Positions 49,704 through 61,500 of a stretch of DNA of 64,000 nucleotides are shown here, piece by piece. The stretch comes from Amoebophrya sp. A120 (taxonomy: Eukaryota; Protista; Dinoflagellata), in the NCBI GenBank assembly GCA_905178155.1, contig CAJINV010000001.1, positions 4,565,452-4,629,451 of the forward strand, written 5' to 3'. The notes beneath the pieces are model-generated. The model searched no databases. It saw only the letters and a program-made list of their open reading frames with translations, and was not told the DNA's origin. Each line of letters opens with the position of its first letter. Position 1 is the stretch's first letter. Position numbers and translations under genes: made by a program.

Positions 49704-50699
49704 CCTAGCGGCGGGAGGTGTAAGGCATCAGGGTTAGATTTCTACCAAGTGAACCTCTCCTTCGGGGGGCGAAGGGAGGCGACCGAGGGCAAGGATAGAG
49801 ATCGAAACCGCAGCACACGTCGCTCCCCGGACGAGTGCAGCGAATCTGTACTGCAAGTACTTCTTCCCTTCGCGGAAAAAAAAACTGTGTTTGGTTTGAT
49901 GTGAATTTGAATTGTAATCGTGTTTTTGTACGTACGACGAGCAAAGAAGACGGGTGTTTGCGTTTCTCAAGTACGATCAGGTCGAGAACGAGGCAACGGT
50001 ACTATTGTTGTCGTGTACGTGCGTAGGCTCTTCTCAAACTGCACGGGGAGTCGGCTGTAACCTTTCTCGTACGAAGAACAAAACGACTCGGAGATCGACA
50101 ACACCTTCGAGAAGCAGCAACTACAAAAAAGTAGTGTGCGCTCAGAAGAAAAAACCAGATTGACGTACTTCCTTTTGTTATCTTTACAGAGCTCTCTTGC
50201 TCACGGGGGCTACGAAAGTCGCGGTCTGTCTTTGTGGAGAGAGTCAGTAAAAAACAAACCGAAAGCTGGTGTTTTGTATGTTGCAAAACCTTCTACGGCT
50301 TAGGAGGTATAACGAAGTAAATTACAGTACATGAAGATGCGCGCAACTTGTGTGTTTTGCATTCGTGTAGCAAATTTCCGGATTGTGATAACAACGCCTG
50401 CTCAATATGTGTACGCTCATATATAAGGTGGACAGATGCTGCACTTGCGTTGGTTGCTGTAAACATGGATTGCGCGCCGGGGTGCTCAAGCTTCTACATT
50501 GGGGTACTACCGACGAAGCCGTGCATACGAAGCTACATCAACAGACTACCGTGCTCAAGCTTCTACTTTCCTCCTACGACGAAGCCGCGCAAACGAAAGG
50601 CACAGCTTTTTCTTGCAAGCGGACCCGTTGACTTCAATTCACGGTGTTTGTTTCCTGCCACGCACGGGCCCAAGGGTCGGAGGGAAGCTGACAAGCTGA

Positions 50700-51980
50700 A
50701 TGCGCCAGGAGGGGCCGCGTAGCAAAGCACGGAAGCGGGAGAACCGCTTCGAAAAGCGCATGCGCTTCTACGGACGGCCCGGGCTTCAAAAACTCGTGAA
50801 GCGGCTCAAGATTTCCAATAGCTTTCCCGACTGTCCCAAGACTGCCGCGGACCGTAGAACCCCGTAACGTCCGCCGCGCTCTGCGGGCAGCGCGCTGATG
50901 GTCCCAGTTTCCCAAAAGGAACCCCGGGCCCGAAGAGAGGCGGCCCCCGGGAACGCGGGGCCCGAACCGAACCGAGGGGGGCGCCGCGTACCATCGCGCA
51001 GCATTCGGGGAACGGCGAAAAAGAGTCGCCTCGGGGGGGGGGGCGGGAGCAAGGGCGCGGGACTAGCAAAGGCGACGCGCCCGGCCCGGCGGACCGCAGC
51101 GGCGCGCCGCCGCGTCCGCGCTACCGCCTTTCGCCGCAAGAAGACCGCGCCCCCCCGGGCTGTCGCGCCGTCTGGTCCCGAATAAGCACAGCGCCTGCAG
51201 GCAGCGCCGAGGCGCAGTCGCGGTCGCCCGAACGCGAACACGCGAAGGCCGGGACGGCTCCAAAGCCACGTTCTGGCGGCGGAGCACAACGCAAAGAAGA
51301 GAGCACCGAAAGGCCCCGGCAAGACCACCGCAATCGGGCAAAAGCGAGCACGCAAAGACGCTGGCAACGGGCACTGCGCAGCGCGCCCCGCGGTGGACAA
51401 GCCACCGGGGCACAACAGGTCCAGCGAAGCGAACCACGCCTCGACAAGTAGGGCCGGGCGGGCGGGAAACAAAAACGAAAACCGCCCGGAGCGCGAACGC
51501 ATCGGGCGCAGCTTTCCCTTCTGCCCATCGAGATCGGGGCTCGCGCCCGAGCTCGCAAGCCCGATCCTAGGATCGGAAAACGCCGACGCATCCCCGAGGC
51601 AGGCCGCCTTGAAGGCAAGCACATGCGCACCGGCGCAGGACTGAAAGCACCTGGGGAGGGGCCGAAGCCGGCGGGGGTAGGCTAGCCCGACGAACATGGC
51701 CCCGCCGGGACCGCTTATAGACTTCTCGGGACAAGAAACTGCCCGCCCCCGCGCAACCGCTTGCCCCCCAGGGTACCAGCGGACCGCGGAACGGGCCCGG
51801 CCTGAGCCAGCCAAACCCTGCGCATTCGCAGGCTCCCACGCATACAATGACGATGGGCCGCGTGCGGCTTGTCGGTCACGAAACGGGGGCGGAGTATCAT
51901 TGTAATCCTGTAAAAAAACGACACTCACACCGCGATTCAAGAGGCGGAAGGGCGGGCGCATGGCCAGCCATGCTGCGGAC
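50700..51980. repeat. GC-rich, probably non-coding repeat block in the strand-switch region
   Basis: GC blocks with A tracts and no convincing protein in any frame; shares ggggcgggag...gactagcaaa(a)ggcga with the 52970-54100 block. Confidence 0.4.
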
Positions 51981-52969
51981 ATGGGACTCCTGTGGCGCTT
52001 ACGTTATGTAATAGCCTGTCTGTCATCTAAGGTTTACACCAATGGGGTCGCGTTCTCAGGTGGCTCCCAGTATGCATGGTCTTAAATGATGAATGTTGCA
52101 AAATCAATGATAGTAATAAAGTAAGCACATCGCTGTGAGGTGTGCACTCCTTATCCCAAGTCTGAAAAAGTGGAAAAGTTGTCACATGACAAAGCATAGA
52201 AAATACATGCACACTGGTGCGGTTTCTGCCCATATGCTAACACAAATGCATCCTCTTGAAACTACATAAGGAGAAACATGCTGGATATGAGGTCTTCGTG
52301 CCACGTTTTTCAACTCCACAAAATTTCGACAATGTGAGAGACTTGGCACACTGATGGAAATTGTTGGTTTTTTTCCACATGTGCCAATCATTTTTACATA
52401 GATTGGCTCCGATTACTTAGCTGGACCACTCTTATAAGAGAAAAAGCAGACATTTCAGCTCATCGCAAATTTTTTTGATTTTCAAAAAAATATAGATGGC
52501 TGTTGATCTCAGATTTTCTTGATATTTTTCCTGTCAATGAGGCAAAATCAATTACGTGCATCGTTGCCCCATGCTTTGCCAGTGGAATAGCTTGCAAATA
52601 TTGTGGAATTTTTGTATTTTTTAACGTGTGCAAAATTTTTTTAAAAATTTTGCACATGAAAAAATCTGAAGGAATTCAGTAAAATAGATCTAAAGATGAC
52701 ATAAAGATGATGTCATGTGACGCGGTAGAGAACACATAGCAGATCTCTGCGCATGTATTGTGTGACCTTTTTCATTTTCTAAATTTTTTAAAATTTTGAA
52801 AATTTGCTAAAACTGAAAAAATCCCAGCGATCAAGTTCCAAGACTTTATGTCCATCGCTAATGAGATAAGACAAAGCATCGCCATCGGATCCGCGCTCTT
52901 TTTGTGCTTGTTTTTAGGTAGCAGCTTACGCACAGGTAGCAAAGCCAACTTCTTCGGAAATATCCAGAC

Positions 52970-54100
52970 CTCCCCCCCCCTCCCTTGCCGCCCGCCCCCC
53001 TCCCTGGACCTCGGCCCTGCCCCCTAGTAGTGCCGTCGCCCCTACCTGTTAAAGGCCTGTCTGCCTTCCACCTAGTCTCCTCCGTGGAAGGGCCCTTCGA
53101 TCCGGCCGCGCATAGCATGTGGCCTCGCGGGTCCTGTCGTAATCGCTGCTATCCCGGGCGGCAACGCGTTGCACGGAGCCGGCCGGGCCGCGTCTGGCAG
53201 AAGTACTGATTGCCGCACGGGCGGCGCGCGGCATCGGGCGGGGCGGGAGTCCACAGACTAGCAAAAGGCGAGGCGTCGCATTCCCCGCGCGGCGCGGCTA
53301 TTTTCGGCAAGCGCAAAGGATGTCCATCGACGCGCCCCCCGGCGCCGCCGCGGGCGGCGCCGGCGGTTTTTCTAAGCACACCAGGCAGACGCGTGCCGTT
53401 AATGCGGCCGAATCTACCCCGGTATGCTTGCTGGTCGCGCTTCGCACCCGGAGGCTGCGCCGCCCCGGTAGACGCGAGCGCCTCGGCCCGAAATACGGAA
53501 CGGGAACGCCTTGCGGGTTTTTGCGCGCGCTTTTTTTCCTCCGCCGGCGGAAAAAAAATTCCGACCCGTTCACGGCCGCCGCCCGGCCGGGCGGGTGCTT
53601 TTGCCGTAGGGCCCGGGAACTACTTTCCGCATCGCGCTACGGGCATGCCGACAGAGAAGCGCTTCTCTCCGCACTTTTTCCGAAACCCCGGCGGCGGGCA
53701 CCGGGAGCGCGCACCCAAGCGCAGCGACTTTCCGGCGATGGTCGAACTTAGGTAGCGCCGCTGCTACTCGCACGATGGCAATATATCTTGCGCAGGTGCG
53801 CTTCATCTACGGGAACGGGTTTGCACGTTTTTGCGCAGTGCAGCAGAGTCGGCATTCCGGCGCATTTGGCTGCATGTCTGCTGTGCGATCGCTTTCGGGA
53901 TACAAGTGCGCCGCCTTAGGCGCCAGGAAGCCAGCAGCTGTCGTCGGTGTGACGCCGGTACTTACTTGCTGCGGGATAAGCAGTAGCGTAGCGAAAGGCT
54001 CTAGGGTTAGAGCGCGGGCCCGGTCGCGTCCCCGTGTATGAGCGCGCGCAACTTGGCTTGTGTAACTATCTGGACTCCCTTTCCAGGCGGGCCACAGTTC
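52970..54100. repeat. Second GC-rich, probably non-coding repeat block
   Basis: Same texture and shared motif (about 53240-53276) as 50700-51980. Confidence 0.4.
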
Positions 54101-55525
54101 ACTTGCGATTGCGCGCGCCGACAGTTCCGAAGAAGAAGAAGGTCGCACTTCAGCCTAAAGCCTCTAGTTGCTCTTCTCTATGCTAGTTAGATGATGATCT
54201 GTTTCCTAGAGCTATTCAAATGATGATGATGATGATGATCATGAATGTACTGGATCGTAAACTCATGCGAAGTAAAGACCTCCCTCCCAACAGAGCCTGA
54301 GCACACCAAGATCCAACGTGGATTGATAAATATCAAAAAACTGTCCTGTTACATGCACTCTGATTATCAACTACTGGAATCCTCATACTGCTCCATGAGA
54401 ACGACCTCTCGATAGGATCCAACATTAAAAAAAATCGCGCCTTATTGCTGCAAAAAGAATAACTCACTTATTGAAAACCACAGCGAGATGCAAACTCGTG
54501 CATTTAGGAGTTCACTCATTTCTAATTTTTTGTCTTCTGGACAATCTGCGGCTTGAGTAAGTAGTAGTAGTCTGTCGCCTGACGTGCCTGGCTTTACAGC
54601 ACTTGTATGATACTTAGCACAAACTCTAACTAAATTATTTACGCTGCCTGAAAAAGAACATCTGTACGGCCTAGCCACGCGACATTTTGTTTTTTACAGT
54701 TTCTGGCTCACCTTGGCAGCTTGTATAGTGCCGAAGAAGCTTGCGCCACACTAAGCTTAGATTTTTGCTTACACTTACGACCCTGATTCTTACGAAAATC
54801 CGAGGACTGAAATATTGTGTACGTAGACCAGACTCCCAGCATTGAAACGCGCAAAGACGTCCTAGGATACGCAGTGATTAATCCTGGCACTATCTACGAA
54901 TCCAGACCGACCTCTAATCGGAATATCAAGCACATATTTACCAACCTGAACTGCACAGAACTACCAGCAGGCGAAGCAGTGGCGGTACGATGGAAAGACC
55001 ACACGAACCTCCCGGGGACCCAGTGCCATTTGCGCACGCTTCCCCGGAGTTAGTCATTTCTGAGAACCCGGAAGCAGGTACGTGAACGTTTGTGAATTAT
55101 TGTTCCGCCGTACTGATTGTGATATCTTGTTGTATTGTCTAGCTTGTTGCTACATGGGTTGCCCTCCTCCTCTCTGATACCACACTGCTTGTTTTGTGCT
55201 TCGCCATCATTCGGTTCCGAAGGCAGGCACCTTCCGAGCTTCTTGATTTTCGCTACGCTATGGCACGCTCGCGCTTTTCCACCGTCTCAAGCAGCACTTT
55301 ACGCAGACACTGACTAAAGAGCAACTGCGCGTCCCAAGAACATACGAACAATTTTTTTCCTCGAATTATTATTTGGCTGCATCTTCGCTTAACGCAGGTT
55401 AGTACTTTCTTCACGCGCGACATGAAGGTCCTCCGGATAATTCTGATCTTCTCTACAGTGCAAGTATCAACACCACGGCGGTCAAAATAAGACACTGCTT
55501 AAATTTTACCCAAACGCCTTCTAAG

Positions 55526-58320
55526 GTGCAACTTCCCCGCGGCACGAGGAGGAACAAGAGCAAGCACACGCCTGGAAACAGCACCCCACACTGCCTGCGC
55601 CCTACGGCGAAGAGGAGAGTCCGCTCTTGCTGGACGACGACTCGGACGAGAACCCGCCCCCGAAACGGAAATGCGCGCCCTGGGTGGTGATCGCGATCGT
55701 CGCGTCGGCGGTCGTGCTCGTCGGGGTCGCAGTGGGGGTCGGCCTGTACTTCTATTTTCAGGCCGGGGCGGACCCGCAACAACCCGGGCCGACCGTCCCG
55801 AACCAAGAGAACGCGCGGGCGGTGTGGCGATCCCTGATGTACCCGCTTCACACGGCGCACAAGCACCGGCAGGAACGCGTCGCGGTTACGGACGAGGTCC
55901 AGGAGGAGCTGCGGACGCTGCGGCTGCTGCCCGTGATGCAAGACGAACATCGTTGGCAAAAAGTGGCGTCCACCAACCTGGACCCGCTCGCAAACGAAAA
56001 GTTCGCGGGGGCCTTCCTGGTGCTGCGCGGCGACGGAGCGAACTTCCAGCGCGGGGACTGGGTCCAGTTTCTGAAGGAGGTGCCGGACGGAGCGGCGTCG
56101 GGGAAACCGACCTTCGACGTCCTCGTCTCGCTGGACGACGCGAACCGGGTGGCGCAGTCGTTCGAGCACGGGGACAACCACCCCGCGCCGCAGCAAGCGC
56201 GGGCCGCGGGTCCAGAGGACGAGGACCAAAGCAGTGTAGTCCCCGCTGGGGTTGATGTTGATGACCGTCCGCAAACATTAGTTCCACCGGCTCGAGGACG
56301 GCTCGTGCAACATCAGGAGAACATGCAGCACCGCGGCCAGGACGAGGACGAGAGCGCCCCGGTCACCGACGCACTGCAGACGCTGCTGTCCGAACGGAGC
56401 ATCACGCACGTCAACGTGTACCGCGGCGAGTCTAGGCCCGTGCCCCGACCGCTGATCGAAATGCACTCGGGCCGGACGGCGCCGTACAACTGGGACCAAA
56501 ACGACGTCTCGGTCGCGTTCTTCCGCACGCTGCGCGGCGGACTGACGCTGAAGGACGCGCTGTCGTTGGAGCCCGTGGGACACGGCGGCTTCAAGCTGGT
56601 TAGTGACGTCGACCACGACGCGGTGCAGGTGCTCGCCGCGCAGGGGAACCAGCACGGCGCGGCCGCTCTGCACGGAGGGGGCAACACCGTGCTGCAGTTT
56701 TGCAGTGTGGTTGCGGTGGTGCACCCGGACACCGACTTTCAGCGACCGGACCCGTGCCCCGACAACCGCGTGTTGCGGGACCTCGCGGACGTCAACCGGT
56801 ACTTGCTGCAGGACCCGCAGGTGCACGAGGGGGAGGACCTGCGCATCGGCGGCAGAATCGGCCAGGTGGCGGTGTACGTGATGGACGAGGAGGCTTTCAA
56901 CCGCCACAAGGACCGGATCGAGAGCGCGCCCGTGCTCGCGTTTCCGTCGGGGCAGCACCCCGACCCCGGCAGTGGACACTGGGTGCCTTCACCGAACGGA
57001 CGGGGATTCATCTGGGCGCCGGGACCGCCGCCGAACAATGCGCACGTGGGGACGAGCAACGATTGGGTTCCCGGCCCAGGCGGACAGGGATGGGTGCTCG
57101 TTCCGGGGAGCGGCGGCGGCCCGGGCCGCTGGGTGCCCGGCCCGACGGGCGGATCGATTTGGATCCCCAGTAACCCGAACCCGGTGCGCATCCCGGGAAC
57201 CGGTGGTCATGTCGTTCCCGGCGGAAACGGCGGCCCTCCGGTCTACCAACCCGGAGGTCCGGCTAACAACGGCAATCATAACGGAGGTGGAAACAACGCT
57301 GGCGGCAATGGCGGAACAGTGCCACTCCTGGGCGGCGGAGGACCTAGTGGCGGTGGGGGAGGCGGAGGTGGAGGTGGAGGTACAGACGGCCAGCACATCC
57401 CCCTCGCACCCGCGGCGACCAATTACCCCGGCGCAACGCTGATCCACCGGTTCGCCGCAAGTGACCCGCGCATGTCCTCTGACAACCGAAGGACTGCAAA
57501 TTTGCCGCCTCCGAAGCAAGCCGGGGAACCCGTAGCGGTGGTGGGCCTGACCACGGGCTTTGGCATCGAGCCGATCGATGCGTCGGATGCGTCGCTTGCT
57601 GACCGCGAGCGCGTGGTGGCACAAGTGCAGAAGAACGAGTTGCAGCGCGCGCAATACGCGAACGGCTACGAGATCATTGGCGCAAACCCGCCCGGTCTTG
57701 GAGACCCGTATTGTGTGCGGCCTACGCGCCAGGAGATTGACCGCACTGCAATCGGTCGAGAGAAGTTGCCGCGGGATTCCGTGCTTCTGTACCGCGCGAG
57801 CCCACAGTTTCCCGGCCTGCGCCCGGGCCACGTGTTTCAGGTGGTCGACAACCAGGCGGCGGAAAGCGGCCAGCGGACGATTCCGGGCCACGCGGACCAG
57901 CCGAACACGGGCGTCCTGTACACGGGTTCGCCATCGGAGGAGAACGGCCACCACCACGCGCCCGCCGTCCTGCGGAACGAATCGCGGCTGCGCGCGCTCT
58001 TGCGCACGGCCACGACCGAGCCGTCGTACGACATTCTCGTGTTGGGCTTGTACCTGGGGGAGGACAGTCCCCTGTGGTGGAGCGACGTGAACCCCGTTCG
58101 GAGCATTCCGCGGCCCGCGCAGTCCAATCTGGAGTGTCGGTTCGTGTACGTGTGGTACCCGCCCGTTGACACGGATTACACGCGAACGGACTTTCCAATG
58201 CAGCTGAACAGTGCCGACTTTTTATGTAAACAGCAACATCACCAAACCACTAAAGAGACTACCGGTTTCGAAGGCCATTTGTTTTTCTCCCTTCGAGCCT
58301 GCCCCTTCGACGGCTGTTGA
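55526..58320 (+). CDS. Hypothetical membrane-anchored protein with Gly/Pro-rich WVPGP-type repeats; 5' and 3' limits uncertain, probably an internal exon
   Basis: Long GC3-rich ORF; TM helix WVVIAIVASAVVLVGVAVGVGLYFYF; no ATG before the TM and the frame opens just after a candidate acceptor ctaag at 55525. Confidence 0.75.
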
Positions 58321-58572
58321 AGTTTATTCTTTATTGGAAGGGGGCCATGCAGACCAGGACAAATTTAGTTTTTTCTAAGGAGGATACTTTTGCAATTACT
58401 CAGCATTCTCTGCCTCACAGGCGTGTATGCAGTTCTTCTTTTCAATGTTACTTTAGCTTGTTTTCACGATCGCACTTCTTGTACGAGGGAACTGAAATAA
58501 AGCCACGAAGACATAATTCTTTTTGAAACCGGTTAGTCTAAAAGCCGTGCGTTTTATTTTTCCCCGGGATAT

Positions 58573-61500
58573 TTGCCGCACCATGACAGCCTCGGCTTAC
58601 CTTCGAGTGACAGTGACGATTCCCGGCCGTGGGAGCTGGACGAAGCGTCAGGTTTGGTGAAGATCAAGGCGAACCCGGACATAAACAGTTGGTCTCGCAA
58701 GACACTGAATGCCAGCTACGGTCGCGAGTTCGCAGTGTTGGACCCGTCTTCCTACGATTGGGACGTGCTGGAGACGATGCTTTACTACCATGGGCACGCC
58801 CCGCACGACCTTGTCGCGGCGCGTCAGACCGGGCCGAATGCCAACTCGTTTCGCACGAATCGACTCCAGAAGGTTTGCGCGGCGCACGGTTACGAGGCAC
58901 CGGGGGACGGCCAGGGCACTCGCCTCGAATTTGCAGTGGCCTCGGACCGGCTCGCGATGGAGAGCGAGGAGCAGGACCCGGACGCGCAAGCAGTCGCTGC
59001 ACCCACGACGCCTTCGCCGAGCGCGCCACCGTCTCTCAATGCCGCACCAGCCTCGCCGACTGCATCTCCCGCCAGCGGGACCCCGCAGGCTCCAGCGACG
59101 GCTCTCCCCGCAGCGGCCGATGGGGGTCCGACTCCAAACGCGGCTCTGCCGCAAGCACCAGCAGCTCGGTCTCCCGTCGTTCCGACGGCGGGAGCTTCCG
59201 ACCCACCGAATGTCCCTGCCGCACCAGAAGTTCCAGTTTTGCCAGTTGCGCCACCGGGTCCCGCGGCTGTACCTGCTGTTCCAGCTGCTTCACCGGCTCC
59301 TGTGGTCGGAGCTCCGAACGACCCCCCCGTGCGGGTCGGCATGCGCCTAGTGGTGGACAAGGAAGTTCTCACGCACCTTCTGGGACACCCGTACCTGCGA
59401 CTGCAAAAACCGATCCTGATGGTGCGCGTAGACGCGGAACCCGAGGAGGAGGAGGACGGCCCGGTGCCCGGGCGCGTCGAACTCGAGGTCCTGATGTCCA
59501 ACGGGCGCCCGAACCGCGAGAAGCGTCCCAAGCTGGGTCTGCTGACCTACGATCACGAGCGGTTCAAAGAGGTGAAACGCGTGTGGGGCCGCTGGCTCGA
59601 GAAGAAGAACCTGGGACAGCCGGGTCTGGACGAATTTTTCGCCCCGGGCGGCCTGCGAGTCGGGTCGGGCCTCCTGCGGGTGAACATGCGGCTGAGTGAG
59701 CTGCTGCATCTGTGGGAGTACGCGCCGGTAGAAGACGGCCAGCCTGCGGACGAGGCTCCCCCCGCCGCCGGAGACAGGGCCAGCGCGGTCACGCGAGCGG
59801 CGCGGGCGCTGTTCCGGAAAATTTGGAGTTCAGAACTAACAAGCACGCCCGTCGAGGACGCACTGCGCCCGGTCTTTGACGCACAGGAGTACCCGGATGA
59901 GGCTGCCCGGACCGGTCAGGTGTACGATGAACAATTTGAAGAATTTCGCAACGAGGTGCTGGAGAAGTTGTTTCCGGCGGAGTCTGTCAAACAGGTCGCG
60001 GACCTCGCGGACCTTTTGGAGAAAACGCTGCGCACGACGGGTCTCTGCGGCATGGCGGCAGAGCCTCCGCTCGTTCCCGAACAGGAGCCGGGCATCCCGG
60101 CCTACTGCGGCTCGCGGAGCGGACGGATCCCGTGGAGCCTGCACGCCCCGAAGATCCTGGGCAAGGGACTGGTCGAGTTGGGGCCCGATCCGCCGATCGA
60201 CCACATCATGACGATCGGTCTGATCGAGGGGTTGTACCTGCGCCGTGACGTGTTCACCCAGCATTTCGAGCCTCTGTACGACGTGCACTTTCCACGGAGC
60301 AAGCGCGAAGGGGAAACGCTGCGGGACATGCCGGTGGCGGGTTCCCGAGCGAACCAGGAGCGCAAGCGGGATGTGGCGGCCTATTTGCTGGAGAAGATCT
60401 TCAAGATTCCGCGCCGCATCTACCAAAGGCTGCAGAAGTACCGGCGGGTCATCAGCGGGCGCGATTCCTGTCCCGCATTGAGCGATCCAGACATGCGGAC
60501 TATTCAGCAGTCGGCGGTTGTGGTTCACGACGACCGCGCGGACACTCTCGATCGGGTTCGCTCCCTCCCCGACCGCTCCTTCGTGTTGGATGCCGTGCAG
60601 CAGCGCAAGCTCGTGTCCCTCCCGGGGGACGAGTATGTCGTCCTGCAGCGCGAACTGGGCCTCGTCGTCTCTGCGAAGTACGGGGCCGGGGTTCGAGCGA
60701 TTGCGCCTGCCGCGCTGCCGAGCGCGAGAGAGGAGGCGTTTGAGTGGTTGCACCCGACGGTTGCCGCGCACGCTCTTCGATACGAAGGCGCCCGTGGCGT
60801 GGAGTTCGAAGAAAACTTCTCCCAGCGAATCAGCTATACAGACGGCGGAGCGGCGGCATCTGAGTATTGGGAAACGAAAGGAAAGTCCGTGGAGTCCTCG
60901 AGCCCAGCAGCCTCCGCCCCCGCGAGGTACCATGATCCGGCTAGCCTGCGCGTCGCCGGCGAATTTTACCTGCACAAGATGCGACTGCTGCTCGCGGACC
61001 CCGAGGTGGGTGAGTCAATGGGGACGCTGCTGCAGGCCGAGAACCTGCCGTCCTGGAACTCCCTCAAGGAGGTTGTCGAGAACGCGGACGACTACTACAC
61101 CGCCCTAGGGTACTTGATATTTCACATATAGTTTTATTTTCGGACATTGTGTAAAATGGGTGCTCTGCTCCTCAGCCGGTTTCGGTTCTTTGTTGTTCTC
61201 GTCGGCCGAGAAGCTGCGAAGTAGGATGAAAGCCGCTCCATTTTTTATCTTCCGCAATTGCTAGATGGTGATCATCGACACCAGGTCTTTTCTAGGCCTC
61301 ATCTGAACCAAAATTATTCGTTCTTGCATGCCACTGGCTTCTACTTCGGATCATGGGATGATTGATCCGCTTGCCGCGTCTTCGTCACTTCTACCTGTGG
61401 AAAGTAAGATGCTAGTAGTCGTGCAAGATGAACTTGTTCTAAAACAACAGGCGAGGGGACCAGCAGGCGGCCGCTGATTTGGCGTGGAGGCGCGGCGCGG

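Noticed and set aside
50786-54148. Arg/Pro/Ala-rich ORFs in the GC-rich blocks
   Set aside because: Composition-driven ORFs in several frames with no domain signal
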